From the NCBI GenBank assembly GCA_001938485.1, contig MQRK01221729.1:1-50260 (forward strand): a stretch of DNA of 50,260 nt, read 5' to 3'. The translations under genes were made by a program, and so were the position numbers. This document shows, one piece after another, positions 11,701 to 24,197 of the stretch. A model generated the notes under the pieces. It saw only the letters and a list, made by a program, of their open reading frames with translations. It searched no databases and had not been told where the DNA came from. Within the stretch, counting starts at the first letter, position 1. Each line of letters starts with the position of its first letter. This stretch comes from Girardia tigrina. Lineage: Eukaryota.

Positions 11701-14323
11701 TAATAGTTTTTTCTTGTCGTCTAATTTTCTTTTGAACTTTCCTTTTAGTGATGTTGTAAATTATTTCTCGTACATCATTTTGGGGGGAGGGGTTGTTGTG
11801 ATACAATTGCCATATAGAGTTGGCAATCCAGTATCCGCTCTCTGCAAATTTTTGTGAAGTTGGCAAATCATTGGATAGTTTCAAGATCCAACCTTCGCCA
11901 CCTAATCGAAAGAAGGAGAGAAGATTAGCATTAATGCTGTTGATTGCCAGTTCTTGTTCCAGTGTTAGGGATTCCATTACATTATAAACGATGGTTNNNN
12001 NNNNNNNNNNNNNNNNNNNNNNNNNNNNNNNNNNNNNNNNNNNNNNNNNNNNNNNNNNNNNNNNNNNNNTATCTATATTTATAAATATTTTATATGATAT
12101 ATTACTTTTTATATATGATTCATTATTTTTGGCAATTTGATAAGTGGCTTGTGTAGATAAGGTAAGCCACTTATCATTAGGCGGTAATATATAAATAAGA
12201 TTCGACATTTAGAAATATTCAAATCGTCGGAGGTTCATAGTTGTTTCCATTTTGGTATTATATATATTAATTTTCTGTTGACTTATTTTTTTAGAATAAA
12301 ATTTTGTTTTATATATCTCAGTGACTGAAATGTCCCCACCCCCAGTTCTTCCCGCAGGACGATCCGATACATGAGGGCGCAGCTGATGACAGCGTTTTCG
12401 GATGTTTTCTATATTTATTTCAAAGAGGGGGTTGATTTTTTCGTTTATTATATTTTCTATAAAGCCGCAGACAAAAGGACCACAGTCATTATTGTTTGCC
12501 TGTTGCTCACATTCGGGGAACTTCAGTGGAAGCCGCACTCTATAAGGTTTATTTTTTCTATCTGTGGCGACTTCGTTTATGGCAGTAATGAGTGGCGCAA
12601 CTAGAGCTGTGACTGTCTTCTCACACGGCAAGTTACTCAGTGAGTTATATATATACGCGTTTTCCGCGTGCAGCACAGTGCAAGCCAATGTGTGTTGTTG
12701 TAATTGATTGGAACTACACATAAATTTCTTTTTTTGTATTAAAGCCAGTAAAAACCGAATTTAAATCGTCTTCTCCATGAAACAACCTAGTTGCAACAAA
12801 GTCTGGCAGAACCAGAGACTTTTTTGGGATGCTGATGTGTTCCAAAAAGGTATTTATATCATCGTTGTCGAACCAATATGACGGATCTGGTGGCCTATCT
12901 GCATCTTCAACAACAGTCAAAGTTTTAGGGCCATCCCGTCAATTTTTTTTGTTAGTTTTTTTTGCATATTTTTTATTTTTTGGAGCCACAAATCGCGAAG
13001 ACACGCTGGAAGCATCCGAGAATAAGTCATTATCACTGTCATTAGCAATGTTTTCTTTTGTTAGGTCGACCGCTGACCCGGTAGATNNNNNNNNNNNNNN
13101 NNNNNNNNNNNNNNNNNNNNNNNNNNNNNNNNNNNNNNNNNNNNNNNNNNNNNNNNNNNNNNNNNNNNNNNNNNNNNNNNNNNNNNNNNNNNNNNNNNNN
13201 NNNNNNNNNNNNNNNNNNNNNNNNNNNNNNNNNNNNNNNCATTTACCAGCAACAGTCGGCAAAACCGATCTGGTTGCAGCAACAGTCGGCAGAACCGATC
13301 TGGTTGCATCATTAGACATAGAGTCATCATTTTTTTTATATCATCATTGCTATTATTATTTTTTTTTATATTGACAGTTTTTGTGATAGTGTTCTCAGAG
13401 GCAACTTTAATGTCATTCATCGAAAATAGACTTTTGACAATTGCATAATTTGATAAAGTGATTTTATGTTCTTTGACAATATTTTGTAACCTAATCTTTA
13501 ACTTAACATCAGCATCTCTAAGTCTAAATGTGCTATCTAGATTGTTTAGTAATTTTAAGGTTTTATATATTTTGTTTTTGGCTTCTTCGTGATTTTCTTT
13601 TTTTAGAGAGTCATGAAGTTCCAACGAAATCTCGTCACACAGTAGCCTGACTGCAATGCCATAGCCATTGCATTGTTTGTGACATCTGTCACATATAGAT
13701 TCTAAGATATACTCTAATTTCTCTGGAGAGAAGACAGTCGGAGCTCTATGTGTTATGAGCGCTTCTTTCCATGAGGGTGGTGCTGGGATTCCTAATTCAA
13801 AAGCCTGTCTATTTAGTTTGTCCAAGAACCAGCGTGGTATGTTGTTTACTCTTTCTATCCCCTCCGCAACATAGTGAATATTTTTTATAAAGGTTGATAC
13901 AATTTTATGTCTATGAATCTTTTCTAGAGTTTTAATTGCGGAATCGGTATTTACTATTTTTTTAGCCGTTAGAGTTTTCTATATTTTTAGTATTATTTTG
14001 TATAGTTATACGCAGCTCGTTAGAGACCGCACGGTCCACCCCAGTTATTTCGGGTTCTACCGAGCGAGGAAAATTTTTTTCCATTTTTTTAGAATTATTG
14101 TTATTATTTGATGATTTAAACAGATCTGAAAATGTTTGCTTTTTTTTATTATTTTTAATTTTTTCAATATTGTTAATTTCATGATTATTAATCGATTTTT
14201 GGTTTTTCCAACCGCTACTGTTATAAAATTTTTTTTTATTTTTATTAGTAGCTGTTGTCCAGCCATCGTTATCGTTAAAAATAATATTTTCTATGTAATT
14301 GTTAAATAGAATTTCAAATATTC
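8701..14323 (-). mobile_element. NeSL-clade-like non-LTR retrotransposon: Ulp1/C48 protease, RT, CCHC zinc finger and restriction-like endonuclease; frameshifted and gapped
   Basis: Ulp1 motifs WFDNDDINTFL and QQANNNDCGPFVCGF. RT motifs WRPIAL, GVRQGCPLS, LAYADD. CRACGQDIETQIHVLCWC, RHNAI and RVDL...LIDIK (RLE). The 3' end has AATAAA and an A7 tract at 8701-8707. The 5' end is not defined. Confidence 0.88.
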
Positions 14324-14325
14324 TA

Positions 14326-14863
14326 CAGGGTGCGGCAGCTATTTGAGAACAAAATGACATAAAGTTCAAAAAATGAATATACAACAGAAAAATAACATTT
14401 ATTACAATTTAAAATTTTACATATATTAACACATACATAAAGGACTACATCATTCAATGAAACCGCCATTAGCGACAATAACGGCCTCTACACGTCGTCG
14501 AAACCGACTGCAGGCAGTAATTAGATGGGTCTTTGGAATGTTTGCCATTGCATCCACTATAGCAGAGAGAGAGATTAGGTATGTGGGGTCATCTCAAGGC
14601 AAATGTCTATATGCCTCCTCCTGCCAACCTTGCTCAGTTAAAGGAGAACATTTCGTCATTCATCAGTAATATCCCTCAAGATATGCTACAGGCAGCAAGN
14701 NNNNNNNNNNNNNNNNNNNNNNNNNNNNNNNNNNNNNNNNNNNNNNNNNNNNNNNNAATCCGAAATATAACTGAATACATTTTTCAATTTGTTTTGTGTT
14801 TTCCACTATTTCTACGAAATATTAAAGTGGTTTTAAAACTCTAGTTACTTTATGATAACCCTG
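14326..14863. mobile_element. Composite of two different Tc1/mariner 3' ends joined back to back, flanked by TA
   Basis: Termini CAGGGTGCGG and (reverse complement) CAGGGTTATC. Minus-strand C-terminus ...ACSRFRRRVEAVIVANGGFIE*; plus-strand WGHLKANVY...LKENI. The right part recurs at 50009-50260. Confidence 0.7.
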
Positions 14864-15577
14864 TATTTACTTTTAATCACTTTCTGTACTAAAGAAATAT
14901 GTACTGTAAACAATATGAGACGTATTAGTATGGAAACGGTTTATTAGGCGATTCGGAGAAGCGTGTTTATCATTGGAAAATCAAATTTAAAAAAATGAAG
15001 ATTGTTGACCGCTCTATTTTTATTCTTGAAAAGTTTCTTAGCGCAACAGAAAGACTCACGGCATGATTATATGTGCATAAACGTAAACAGTAACAAACTC
15101 AGGCTGCCATTTTAACCAATACGTAAGACCCTAGTAACTTTTTCAGTCTATCACGCTTCCTTTTTTTTGCTATATTTCTTACTTTCTGTTGGCTCCAAGA
15201 GTGCATATTATTATAAGGCGTATCATAAAATAAGGCGACGTGAAGGACTAGATCATTAAGATTCTCAGTTTTTTGTTGTTGGTAAGATTGTCCAAGTGCT
15301 TACCTCAATGCCTTGTTTCCTTGATACCTGAAGATGCATAGAACATAATAGATGTCTGTTTAGCAATCATATCTTTGTTTATTCCAACCCACTGGTATGG
15401 CATGGTCAGTCTTTCAGTGCAATTATTTGGGCGTTTTTATTAACATTCTGAACAAAGAAATTATTTCTAAATATTCATAATGGTAAAATACCTTAAGGAT
15501 ATTTAGAAATTTATTATTTAAGTTATTTTATTTTTCGTTTTTGTCAAATAAATAATTCTTCATACATTGTTATTCAG

Positions 15578-15815
15578 CTTGCTCTTCTTTCCGAATACGA
15601 TGGATGTACAGATCTTGATATAAATATTGATTATGTCAACATGAAACAGCCATCGGTTATTTACGAATTGGGAACAGAATCTGAGCAGTGTCCAAACAGT
15701 AATGAAATGGGAAGTTTCTATAAATGTGGTGTTGCAATGGTCAATTTCTTGCCAAAATTCGAAAAAAGTCAAAAAGAAGTCCGTTATGAAATAATAATTA
15801 TTGTCGATCGGTCAG
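15578..15815 (+). CDS. VWA5A-like exon (…AMVNFLPKF…EIIIIVDRS-G), start of the VWA domain
   Basis: ttcag| and |gtacaa splice sites; open frame; first half of MIDAS DxSxS. Confidence 0.9.
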
Positions 15816-16112
15816 GTACAATATTACAGTTATCGTGCAGATCTTAAACATTTGAATGATCACAAATAATATCAATCATACTGACGTCATAACATGACAT
15901 TCTTTCTTTGTAAAAAAACTATATCATTAATTTTAAAAATTTAAAATACTCATCAAAATGTACTTGTATGTTGCTCTTGATCTGCTTATCACATGATGAG
16001 TCATTATATATTTTTTTCATTATGAAACAATATTTATGCTTTTATTAGTCATAGTAAAAGTCAAAGTCTTTTCGGAACATTTAGTAATAAGAATATTATC
16101 AGTAGTTAATTT

Positions 16113-16211
16113 GGGATCGGAAATATGACTTCCGTATGGATACATATCTTCACCCTCTCGATGCGTCCTCGACGCGATCATGGATACTCAATTAAATTTG
16201 AAATGGGGTGC
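16113..16211 (+). ncRNA. Possible degenerate HDV-like ribozyme at the 5' end of an APE-type LINE
   Basis: P3/L3 GCG-TCCTCGA-CGC, P1 GGGATC/GATCAT, GG, then a P4-like hairpin; the P2 3' strand was not found. Confidence 0.3.
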
Positions 16212-16369
16212 TCTCAGCTAGGACTAGCATTCCATGATTAGGCACCTTAATCACTGATGCTACTAAACAAATGAACATCACAAAGAATACTGGGATTGCT
16301 AGAAAAATAATAGATTTCAGGCTAAGTGGGGAGCGGACTGGTGTCCCCCTAGGGGGGATTTGCGGTTGG

Positions 16370-17040
16370 GTTTGAAGAAGGTTTGTAGATGGTATTAGCA
16401 ACATCACAATTTGCGTGTAAACCTTTATTAATAACACAAACAGAATCATTGTCAGTAGCTCAATTTGCAGAAAGCATCGTTCTTGATTAATATGTTTCTG
16501 TAGCTATATTCAAATCTTTAAATTAATTAATGAGATAAACTAATATTAACTTTTAATTTCTCAAAATTTTGTTGGATAAAAATGTATTAAGTAAGTTTTT
16601 AAATAAACATTAGTTTATAAAATATATTAAATTCAATAAGTTAAAATCGGTTACTAAAAATATTATTAAAATTTATAATTATAAAACTTTAAATTATTCA
16701 GTATTTAAACATTAGTCTCATTAAATTAATTTCATTAGATTTAAATAATTAATCAATAACAAATCAATCCCATCTGAGTAGGAGAGCACCAATCTAAACA
16801 GCATACAAACAACAAACTTACAACATTATAAAATTTCCCTCACACATGGAATGTTCGAGGGTTCAACGATCAGAAAGTCTTGGGTGTTACTGACGCTCTA
16901 GAAAAGCTAAATGTAGATGAAGCCATCCTGACGGAAACGCACAAATTTGGCGTTGTGACTGATAAATCATGAAAAGTCGACCCTTTACAACACTGGGCCA
17001 CAAATGGGAGAAATTATGGAAATAGAAGTTGGTTTATTAA
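16370..17040 (+). mobile_element. APE endonuclease N-terminal fragment of a LINE, interrupted by a solo LTR
   Basis: Reconstructed VCTWNVRGFNDQKV...LNVDEAILTETH across the LTR insertion. Confidence 0.7.
16393..16843 (-). mobile_element. Solo LTR (TGTGAG family)
   Basis: Shares termini and the CCATCTG.GTAGGAGAG core with the LTRs at 1188/2637; near-TSD GATGG/CATGG. Confidence 0.85.
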
Positions 17041-17045
17041 CCAGA

Positions 17046-18640
17046 CTACCTAAAGATGATATCGAGTTTGATGCATTCTCGGATTGAATTTTCAAAGCGA
17101 AAACATTTGTCTTCAGAATAATATCGGTACATTTTCATTGTTGTGAGTCGTAGAGGTGTGCTTGGAAATTGTATGCTCTTAGTCCTAGTCTTGCACGTTG
17201 TATGAAATACCATGCGTCGAAAGTGATCCAACCATTCATGATGATTTTACTGAGGTCCTGGTTGCCGGTTGTTTGTGGAAAGATGTCTATGGATCTTTTG
17301 TCTTGAAGTATGAGATGTTTGTGAGCTTGGTTGATGTAATTGAAGAGAATACTCGAGATTGATTTTTCATTAGTAATGTTGACAAAGGCGGATGAGCCTT
17401 GGAATTCAATAGTGATGTTAACTCTTTTTGAATCGGGAATCCAATCGAGATTTATTGATATGTCAAGTTTTCTATGAAGTGTGCATATTCCTATTTTGAA
17501 TTTGTTCCAGAGACATGCGTGTTTTTTGTATAGTTTGCGTGAATCGCTATTTAGATCTTGAAAGATAGTGGGCATGTCAGTTGAGTTGTAGAAGGCCATA
17601 AGGTCAATGAAGATGGATTACTTCAATTGGGGATCTCTTGAGTTGACTAAGCGGTGTATGTAAATTATTGATTGGACAGCGTATTCATCTGACATACGTC
17701 TGAGGCCGTGTTCCACCTTCAGCAATCGTAGTGTAAAAGAAGTGATTGCTGGTGGTTGACGGAAGCTTCATAAAATTTTGGACTTCAGCTCTTATCTTAG
17801 TGTCAAATGCTGGGACTTGGTTTATAGTGTCGGAGAAACGATTATATGCAAATCTGTTATGACGGAATTAAAAGGGTAAAGTGGATTGAAGGAAAAGTTT
17901 GTATGCTGTAAATTTTTGGCTGCGGTAAAGCTCAGATTTTCCTAATTTCCTGAGGTTGGAGAAAACGTTTTGGAACATTTTCTGGGGGATGAATTATTTT
18001 TCTCGGGAGAGGGGCCTCCTAAAAAGCGAAATGGTTCCGTGGTTGTTACTCAAGGTATAGGGACGGTGTTGATGTTTAGTGGTTTTGTTCTTTTGGTGTT
18101 AACTGCGGGAATGGTGAGGACACCACATTTCTTTAGTTGGAAGATCAAATCTAGTTGCTTGGCAATTTGAACAGTCGAGTTGATCATCCTTTGAAGATCG
18201 TCTTTGTTGTCGGCGATGAGGACGATATCATCAGCGTAAGCAATAATTTCCGAGAGAGTAACCGCAGTTTTGAAAGTTATTTTCGATGTTGTTTAATATG
18301 CCGTTGATGTAAAGGCAAAATAGAAGTGAAGAGAGGGGGCAACCTTGCTTTACACCTTTGTTGATTTTCATGGTGCCGATTTTCTTACCTTCGCTTTGGA
18401 CTTGTGTAGTGTTATTGGTGTATAAGTCGCGAAGGAGGTTGAGAGATTCTTTTTCAATACAGTGTTTCTCTAAGATTTGGAAAAGGATGTGATGTTGGAT
18501 GTTACCGTATGCGTCTTTTAAGTCGCCAAAAAAAAGGAAGGCACTTTTGTGAATCTTAGCTGTAACGTGTCTTTTAATGTCATCACGGTTGAGGTTTACG
18601 ACAGCATTGTGGTCATGACATCCTTCAAAGCGAACCATTG
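17046..18640 (-). mobile_element. Degenerate non-LTR retrotransposon RT (RLE-clade-like), truncated at both ends
   Basis: EGCHDHN, DLKDAYGNI, GVKQGCPLS, YADDIVL; downstream RARLGL. Confidence 0.8.
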
Positions 18641-19678
18641 CATTTTGGAGAGGAAGATGATTTGTTTGTCTTCAACCAAACCCATATATTGGTGCACTAT
18701 GAAGGCGGCATTTCAAGAAGGCTGACAGACATCGATCACCGCATCATTCGAAAATGCTACACGAATTTTGTGGAGCGATGCAATCTGTGTTTGCAGAAAA
18801 ATGATGAACATTTTGAACAATTATTGTAAAACCTTTTTCTTTTCATGTCTTCAAGTTGTACTGCGTAAAAAACCATGTCGTAATACATTTATATCATATT
18901 CAAAAAGTTTTACATTACATTGCAGTATAGTTCCATATCTTGAGACAACGACTTATGAATCGCACGGTATATATCAAACATCATTACAATTTCCCTCACA
19001 ACTACGAAAACATTAAGTCCCATTTGAATATGTTACCTGTTGGATATAATATTTATTTCTAATTGTTAAACCACTTCCTTCTTCACAATCTGCAATATTA
19101 GAAACTGCTAGTTATTAATAAAATAATTTGAACTTTTCAAATATTTTATATATTTTCATAAATAGATATTTGTAAATTAAACGTGCGGGTTGACCTGACG
19201 GTCATATAGTTGAATTGTAAAGTACAACTTTTATGATTAAATTTTATTGAACAATGATTTTGTACTGTCATAATATATACATAATTAAATGACTTTATAA
19301 CAATGGAAATGCATTATTACAACATTTTGTTGCTGTGAGAATAATTAAACTTATTAATATCTTTTTTCTCAGACATTACCATACAAAACAAAAAATAATC
19401 ATTTTAAATGAATTTGTATAAAACATTTTCTTATCCCTTTAAAAAAAAGACTTCTATTATCTTTTTGATAAATTGCTTTCATTATTTTAAAAACACTATT
19501 AAATGAAAAGCAACGAAAAACTTAAAATTTATGGTTTACTCAAAAGTCCATTTAAAGTTAAAATTTCAAACAAATTAAGTGTTCGTAAAGATTTGACAAC
19601 AATAATCAAAATTTACTTTCGATTAGTCATCAGTAATAATTGAAAGGTGATAATAATAACCCGAAAAAGAAGCAAATA

Positions 19679-20912
19679 TTAGGTTGCCCTAAAAGTTCCC
19701 GGTCAATAATGAAAATACAATTTTTTTCAAATTTCTTTTTGGCATTATTTATTTGATATTGATATACATATCGATTTGTTTATAGCATTATATGAACTAC
19801 GAGATTACAAAGATTGACAACCGTGTATTGCTGCGTCACTATTGGAAGAAGGGCTTGACAACATGAGGTACTGCCAAGGCTATTTGCAAAGTTTAAGGTA
19901 CACAAACGGTTGGAAAAAGTACGGCAATTGATTGGTTCAAGCGTTTCAATAAAGGTAACTTTGACTTGAATGACAGTTCTCGTCCTGGACGACCAACAAA
20001 ATTGAATAACAATGACTTGCAAGCAGAGTTGGACATGAAGCTTTCATCAAGCACTCGCGATTTGGTATTTAAGCTTGGAGTTGGCAAGTCAACCATACAT
20101 TGGTACTTGAATCAGCTCGACTTTGTGCACAAGAAACCGCATCAAGATCCATAATAACTCACCAAAGCACAGGCCGATAAAAAAGTCCAAATTTGCCGAC
20201 AAGTTGTCGGCGAAAACTACTACAGAATTCACTAGATGACCGCTTTTGGAAACGAATTATGACGTCGGACGAGAAGTGGGTCGACTTGGTCAACTACAAC
20301 CGTGCCATACCATGAGTTCCACCGGGTCAACCAACGCCGTCAGTTCCAAAACAAGATCGATTTGGCTTGAAAATCATGTTGTGCGTCTGGTGGAACTTTG
20401 AGAGAGTTGTGCACTTTGAGTTTGTTCAGAACGGCCAGGCCATCAATGAAGAGCTCTATTGTCAACAGCTGTACCGTGTCTACTAGACGGTCAAGTAGAA
20501 GTACCCTGCCTTAATCAACCAAAAACGTGCACTGCGTCAGAAAGACAATGCCAAGCCGCATACCGTCAAAAGGACCACGGGCAGGTTCCAAGAGTTGGAT
20601 GGAGTCGAAATACTGCCGCATCCTGCTTGCAACCCTGATTACGCTCTATCTGTCTTTCGATCCACGCAACACTTCTTGAAAGGCCGCTGATTCGAAGCAT
20701 TTGATGAAGTTGAACAAGCATGTCAAGAGTTCTTCAATTCGAAACAGCCGGAATGGTACTTTGACAAGATCCGAAAGCTTGTAGACCGTTGGCAGAAAGT
20801 AGTCGAAAACGGTGGACTGTACTTTGAAGATTAATTGTTATTTATTTAAAATAAATTCTTTCACAAAAATTTTACTTTTCATTCTTGACCGGGAACTTTT
20901 AGGAGTATCTTA
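19679..20912 (+). mobile_element. Mariner element, full length, pseudogenized transposase
   Basis: TIR TTAGGTTGCCCTAAAAGTTCCCGGTCAA with an imperfect partner, TA flanks; RPGRP, TSDEKWV, DNAKPH, RWQKVV motifs. Confidence 0.92.
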
Positions 20913-21195
20913 TATTGCAAACATCAGCGATAAACAATTCAAATAATTAAATAGAAAACATCAAATCTTTGACAAACTTTAAAACATGACTGAATTGAGT
21001 TTGTCTTTTGGGTAAGAAGAAGACTTCTTGAATAGAATTAAAATAACGAAAATATATAACGACTGATTGCGAAAATTGTTAATAACCTTAAATCTCTATA
21101 ACTCCAACACAAATTAACAAATTAAAAAAAACCTAATCAAGTAGGCTGTTGTTTGAATAAATCAAAATAAAATTCATTTTAGTATTCATTTTTAA

Positions 21196-22191
21196 ATGTC
21201 ATTTTTCATGAATATGTCGTCAGAAGCAGGTCGTCGCGAATTCAATTTTCGTTTATTTCATGAAAATCCACAATCAGGTCGAAAAACAATTGCCAAAAAG
21301 GCACTATTTTGTCAAAAAACGGTTTCTAACGTTATTAAAAACTTCAATGAGAACTTGAAGGGTTCTGGAAGAAGAAAGGGTTTTTCGTGTACACAGAATG
21401 TGAAGAAAGTAAAGGCTCTGTTAGAGAGAAATCCTCGTCTATCAAATCGAAAACTGGCGGTAAAGGCAAATTGTAGCGAGAAAACAGTTCGGAAAATTAA
21501 ACAGTCTGTGGATTTAAAAACGTATAAAGTTCAAAAAGTACCAGACCGGAACGCTAAGAAGAACGTAAAGGCGCAGCAGCGAGCCAGAAAGTTGACATCT
21601 GGTTTTCTTGCGAAGAAAAAATGTTGCATTATGGATGATGAGACTAATGTGGTCTGCGAGTTTTACCAGCTACCCGGACAAGAATTTTACTCTGCCACTA
21701 AGAGAGGAGGAGTTTAAGAAAAATTTAGAAGCAAGAAAAAATCTAAGTTTTCCAAAAATTTCTTGTTTGGCAGGCTATTTGTGGATGTTGGCAAGCTATT
21801 TGTGGTACGAAGACAATAATGTCGATTTGGTGCAAAGCGAGGCAAACCAACCACATTGTCCAGAGCTTCACCAAATCGAAAGATATTTGGCACTGGTACA
21901 AAGGCAATTAAAGATGACAAACAAGAGGGCACAGACAATTGCAGATTTTCGGAACAAGTGGAAAAATGCAGCAAATAACGTGACAGAAACTACAATTGCA
22001 AGTCTAATGGCAAGAATTCCGGAAAAGCTCGCAGAATTTATTAAAAAAAATAAATAATCTTTCTTAGCTTACTAAAATTATTTTGAATTAAACACGTTTT
22101 TCAAAACAGTCGGTATTTTTTCAATCAAAAATATGGTTTTGAAGTTTTTGAGGGTTTTAATGGTAGTAATATTTTTTGCACTCAGTCCTTA
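21196..22191 (+). mobile_element. Tc1/mariner-superfamily transposase remnant with a candidate 3' TIR
   Basis: GSGR, HTH, MDDET, PHCPELHQIERY motifs; internal deletion; 5' TIR not found. Confidence 0.75.
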
Positions 22192-22195
22192 TATA

Positions 22196-23591
22196 TTAGG
22201 TTGGTCGAAAAATAATGGCAGTTTTTGGGCTTTATACTTTGTTTATCTACTTTGATATGTATATAAGTTTAAATGCATTAGTGTTAGATATTATTTGAAA
22301 TCTTATACCTAGCTGTATATTCGTATATCCATTATTAACATATTTCTGTTATTTTTAGAATATTTACGGTGCTAAATTAATAATGGAAAAAATTAAAATT
22401 CGAGGAATTTTCTTGTACGAATTTAAACTGGGTCGTAAAGCAACAGAAACGACTCGCAATATCAATAAAGCGTTTGGCAAGGGAACAGCTTCTGAGCGCA
22501 CAGTGCAACAAAGGTTCCGAAAATTTTCTGATGGAGATGAAAACCTTGAAGAAGAAGAAGGTCGTGGTCGTCCAGTTGCTGTGAACAACGACAATTTGAG
22601 GACAATGGTGGAAACAGATACCGTACAACAATCAGAGAACTTGCAGATGGGTTGGGCATTAGTCATTCAACAGTCCTGGATCATTTAAAACAACTTGGAA
22701 AAATCAAGAAACTTGATAAATGGGTTCTACATGATTTGAATGAAAATCAAAAGAACCGACGCTATGAAATTTGTTCTGCCAATCATCTTCGCAATAAAAA
22801 CGATCCATTTCTTGATCGTATTGTTACCTGTGATGATAAATGGATCCTGTATGATAACCGACGTCGATCTGCACAGTGGTTGGACAAAAATGAAGTACCG
22901 AAACACTTTCCAAAACCGAAACCGTAAGGTTATGGTGACAGTTTGGTGGTGTGATGCTGGAATCATCTACTATAGTTTCTTGAATCCAGGTGAAACAATC
23001 ACAGCGGAGAGGTACTGTCATGAAATTGATGAAATGCATANNNNNNNNNNNNNNNNNNNNNNNNNNNNNNNNNNNNNNNNNNNNNNNNNNCTATAGTTTC
23101 TTGAATCCAGGTGAAACAATCACAGCGGAGAGGTACTGTCATGAAATTGATGAAATGCATAAAAAATTGAAAATCCTTTGTCCGGGATTGGTCAATCGAA
23201 AAAGTCCCACCTTTCTTCATGATAACGCTAAACCTCATATTTCAAAAGTGACTCTTCAAAAGCTTAAGGATTTGGGCTATATAACCCTGCTTCATCCACC
23301 ATGTTCACCAGACCTCTCGCCAACGGACCTCTACTTTTTCAGGCATTTGTACAACTTCCTACGTGAAAACATTTTCAAAAACCAAAATGATGCTCAAAAT
23401 GCCTTCCAAGAATTCGTCGCTTCGAGAACCGATGCATGTTATGCTGATGGAATAAAACAACTTGTTTCTCGTTGGCAAAAATGTATTGATGCCAACGGTT
23501 CATACTTTGATTAATAAACTTTTGTTTCTGTGAATTTGCACGTCTTTGAAGTTTGTGTCCCAAAACCGCCATTATTTTTCGACCAACCTAA
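22196..23591 (+). mobile_element. Mariner element (Hsmar1/Mos1-like), frameshifted
   Basis: 30-bp TIR TTAGGTTGGTCGAAAAATAATGGC(A/G)GTTTT, TA TSD; WVLHDL, TCDDKW, HDNAKPH, SPDLSPTD, RWQKCIDANGSYFD. Confidence 0.95.
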
Positions 23592-23667
23592 TATAGAATT
23601 GACTGAGTGTATATCAGACAATAGACGAAAAATCTGTTCTTCTTATAAACCGGGTAGTGTTAAATTA

Positions 23668-24197
23668 TTGCGGAGTTAACCCAATATGGTTGGTAGTTAA
23701 GAATAATATATGTTAAAGTCTCCGACAGTACGGCCGGTCAATAATTTAATGTCGGTCATTGAATTGGATGACGTCTCTAACTGTATCGTTGGTTGACACC
23801 CAAGGAGTGTCCTAAAAATAAAATACTGTGACTTGAACAATCTTAGCCTAAGTTTAATAATATTAGCTGAAATTCACTAACTTAAAGTGTTCTGAGCGAT
23901 CTCGACGGACTTCTGACTTTCATATAACTAGTAGTATTGTAAAATTAATCATCCCAACCATGTAAACGTTGAGCTGATCTATCGAACCTTATGTCTGTGA
24001 GCCGGAAGGCACCCAAGAATCTTTACTGATTGTAGATACAGATTATAAAGACGTGCTCTACCGTAAGGCTAAGAGAGTGTGAAGCTGTTGAGGGAAATGA
24101 ATTGTTATAGAAGTGTCATCATTTGATGATTGGAGGCTCACAGACAACTTCACAGATCATTATCGATACCAGTGTGTTGAGACAATTTAATCAGTAA
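23668..24197 (+). ncRNA. Candidate group IIB intron domain I remnant (5' end TTGCG; DII-DVI absent)
   Basis: No ORF, higher GC than the flanks. Nested stems CCGACA/TGTCGG, GAACA/TGTTC, TGATCT/AGATCA and a perfect 12-bp TGTCTGTGAGCC/GGCTCACAGACA; GNRA loops; motif order like IIB introns (recalled, not searched). Confidence 0.5.

Noticed and set aside
22970-23161. Internal duplication in the mariner transposase
   Set aside because: Identical sequence on both sides of an N gap indicates a scaffolding overlap artefact.
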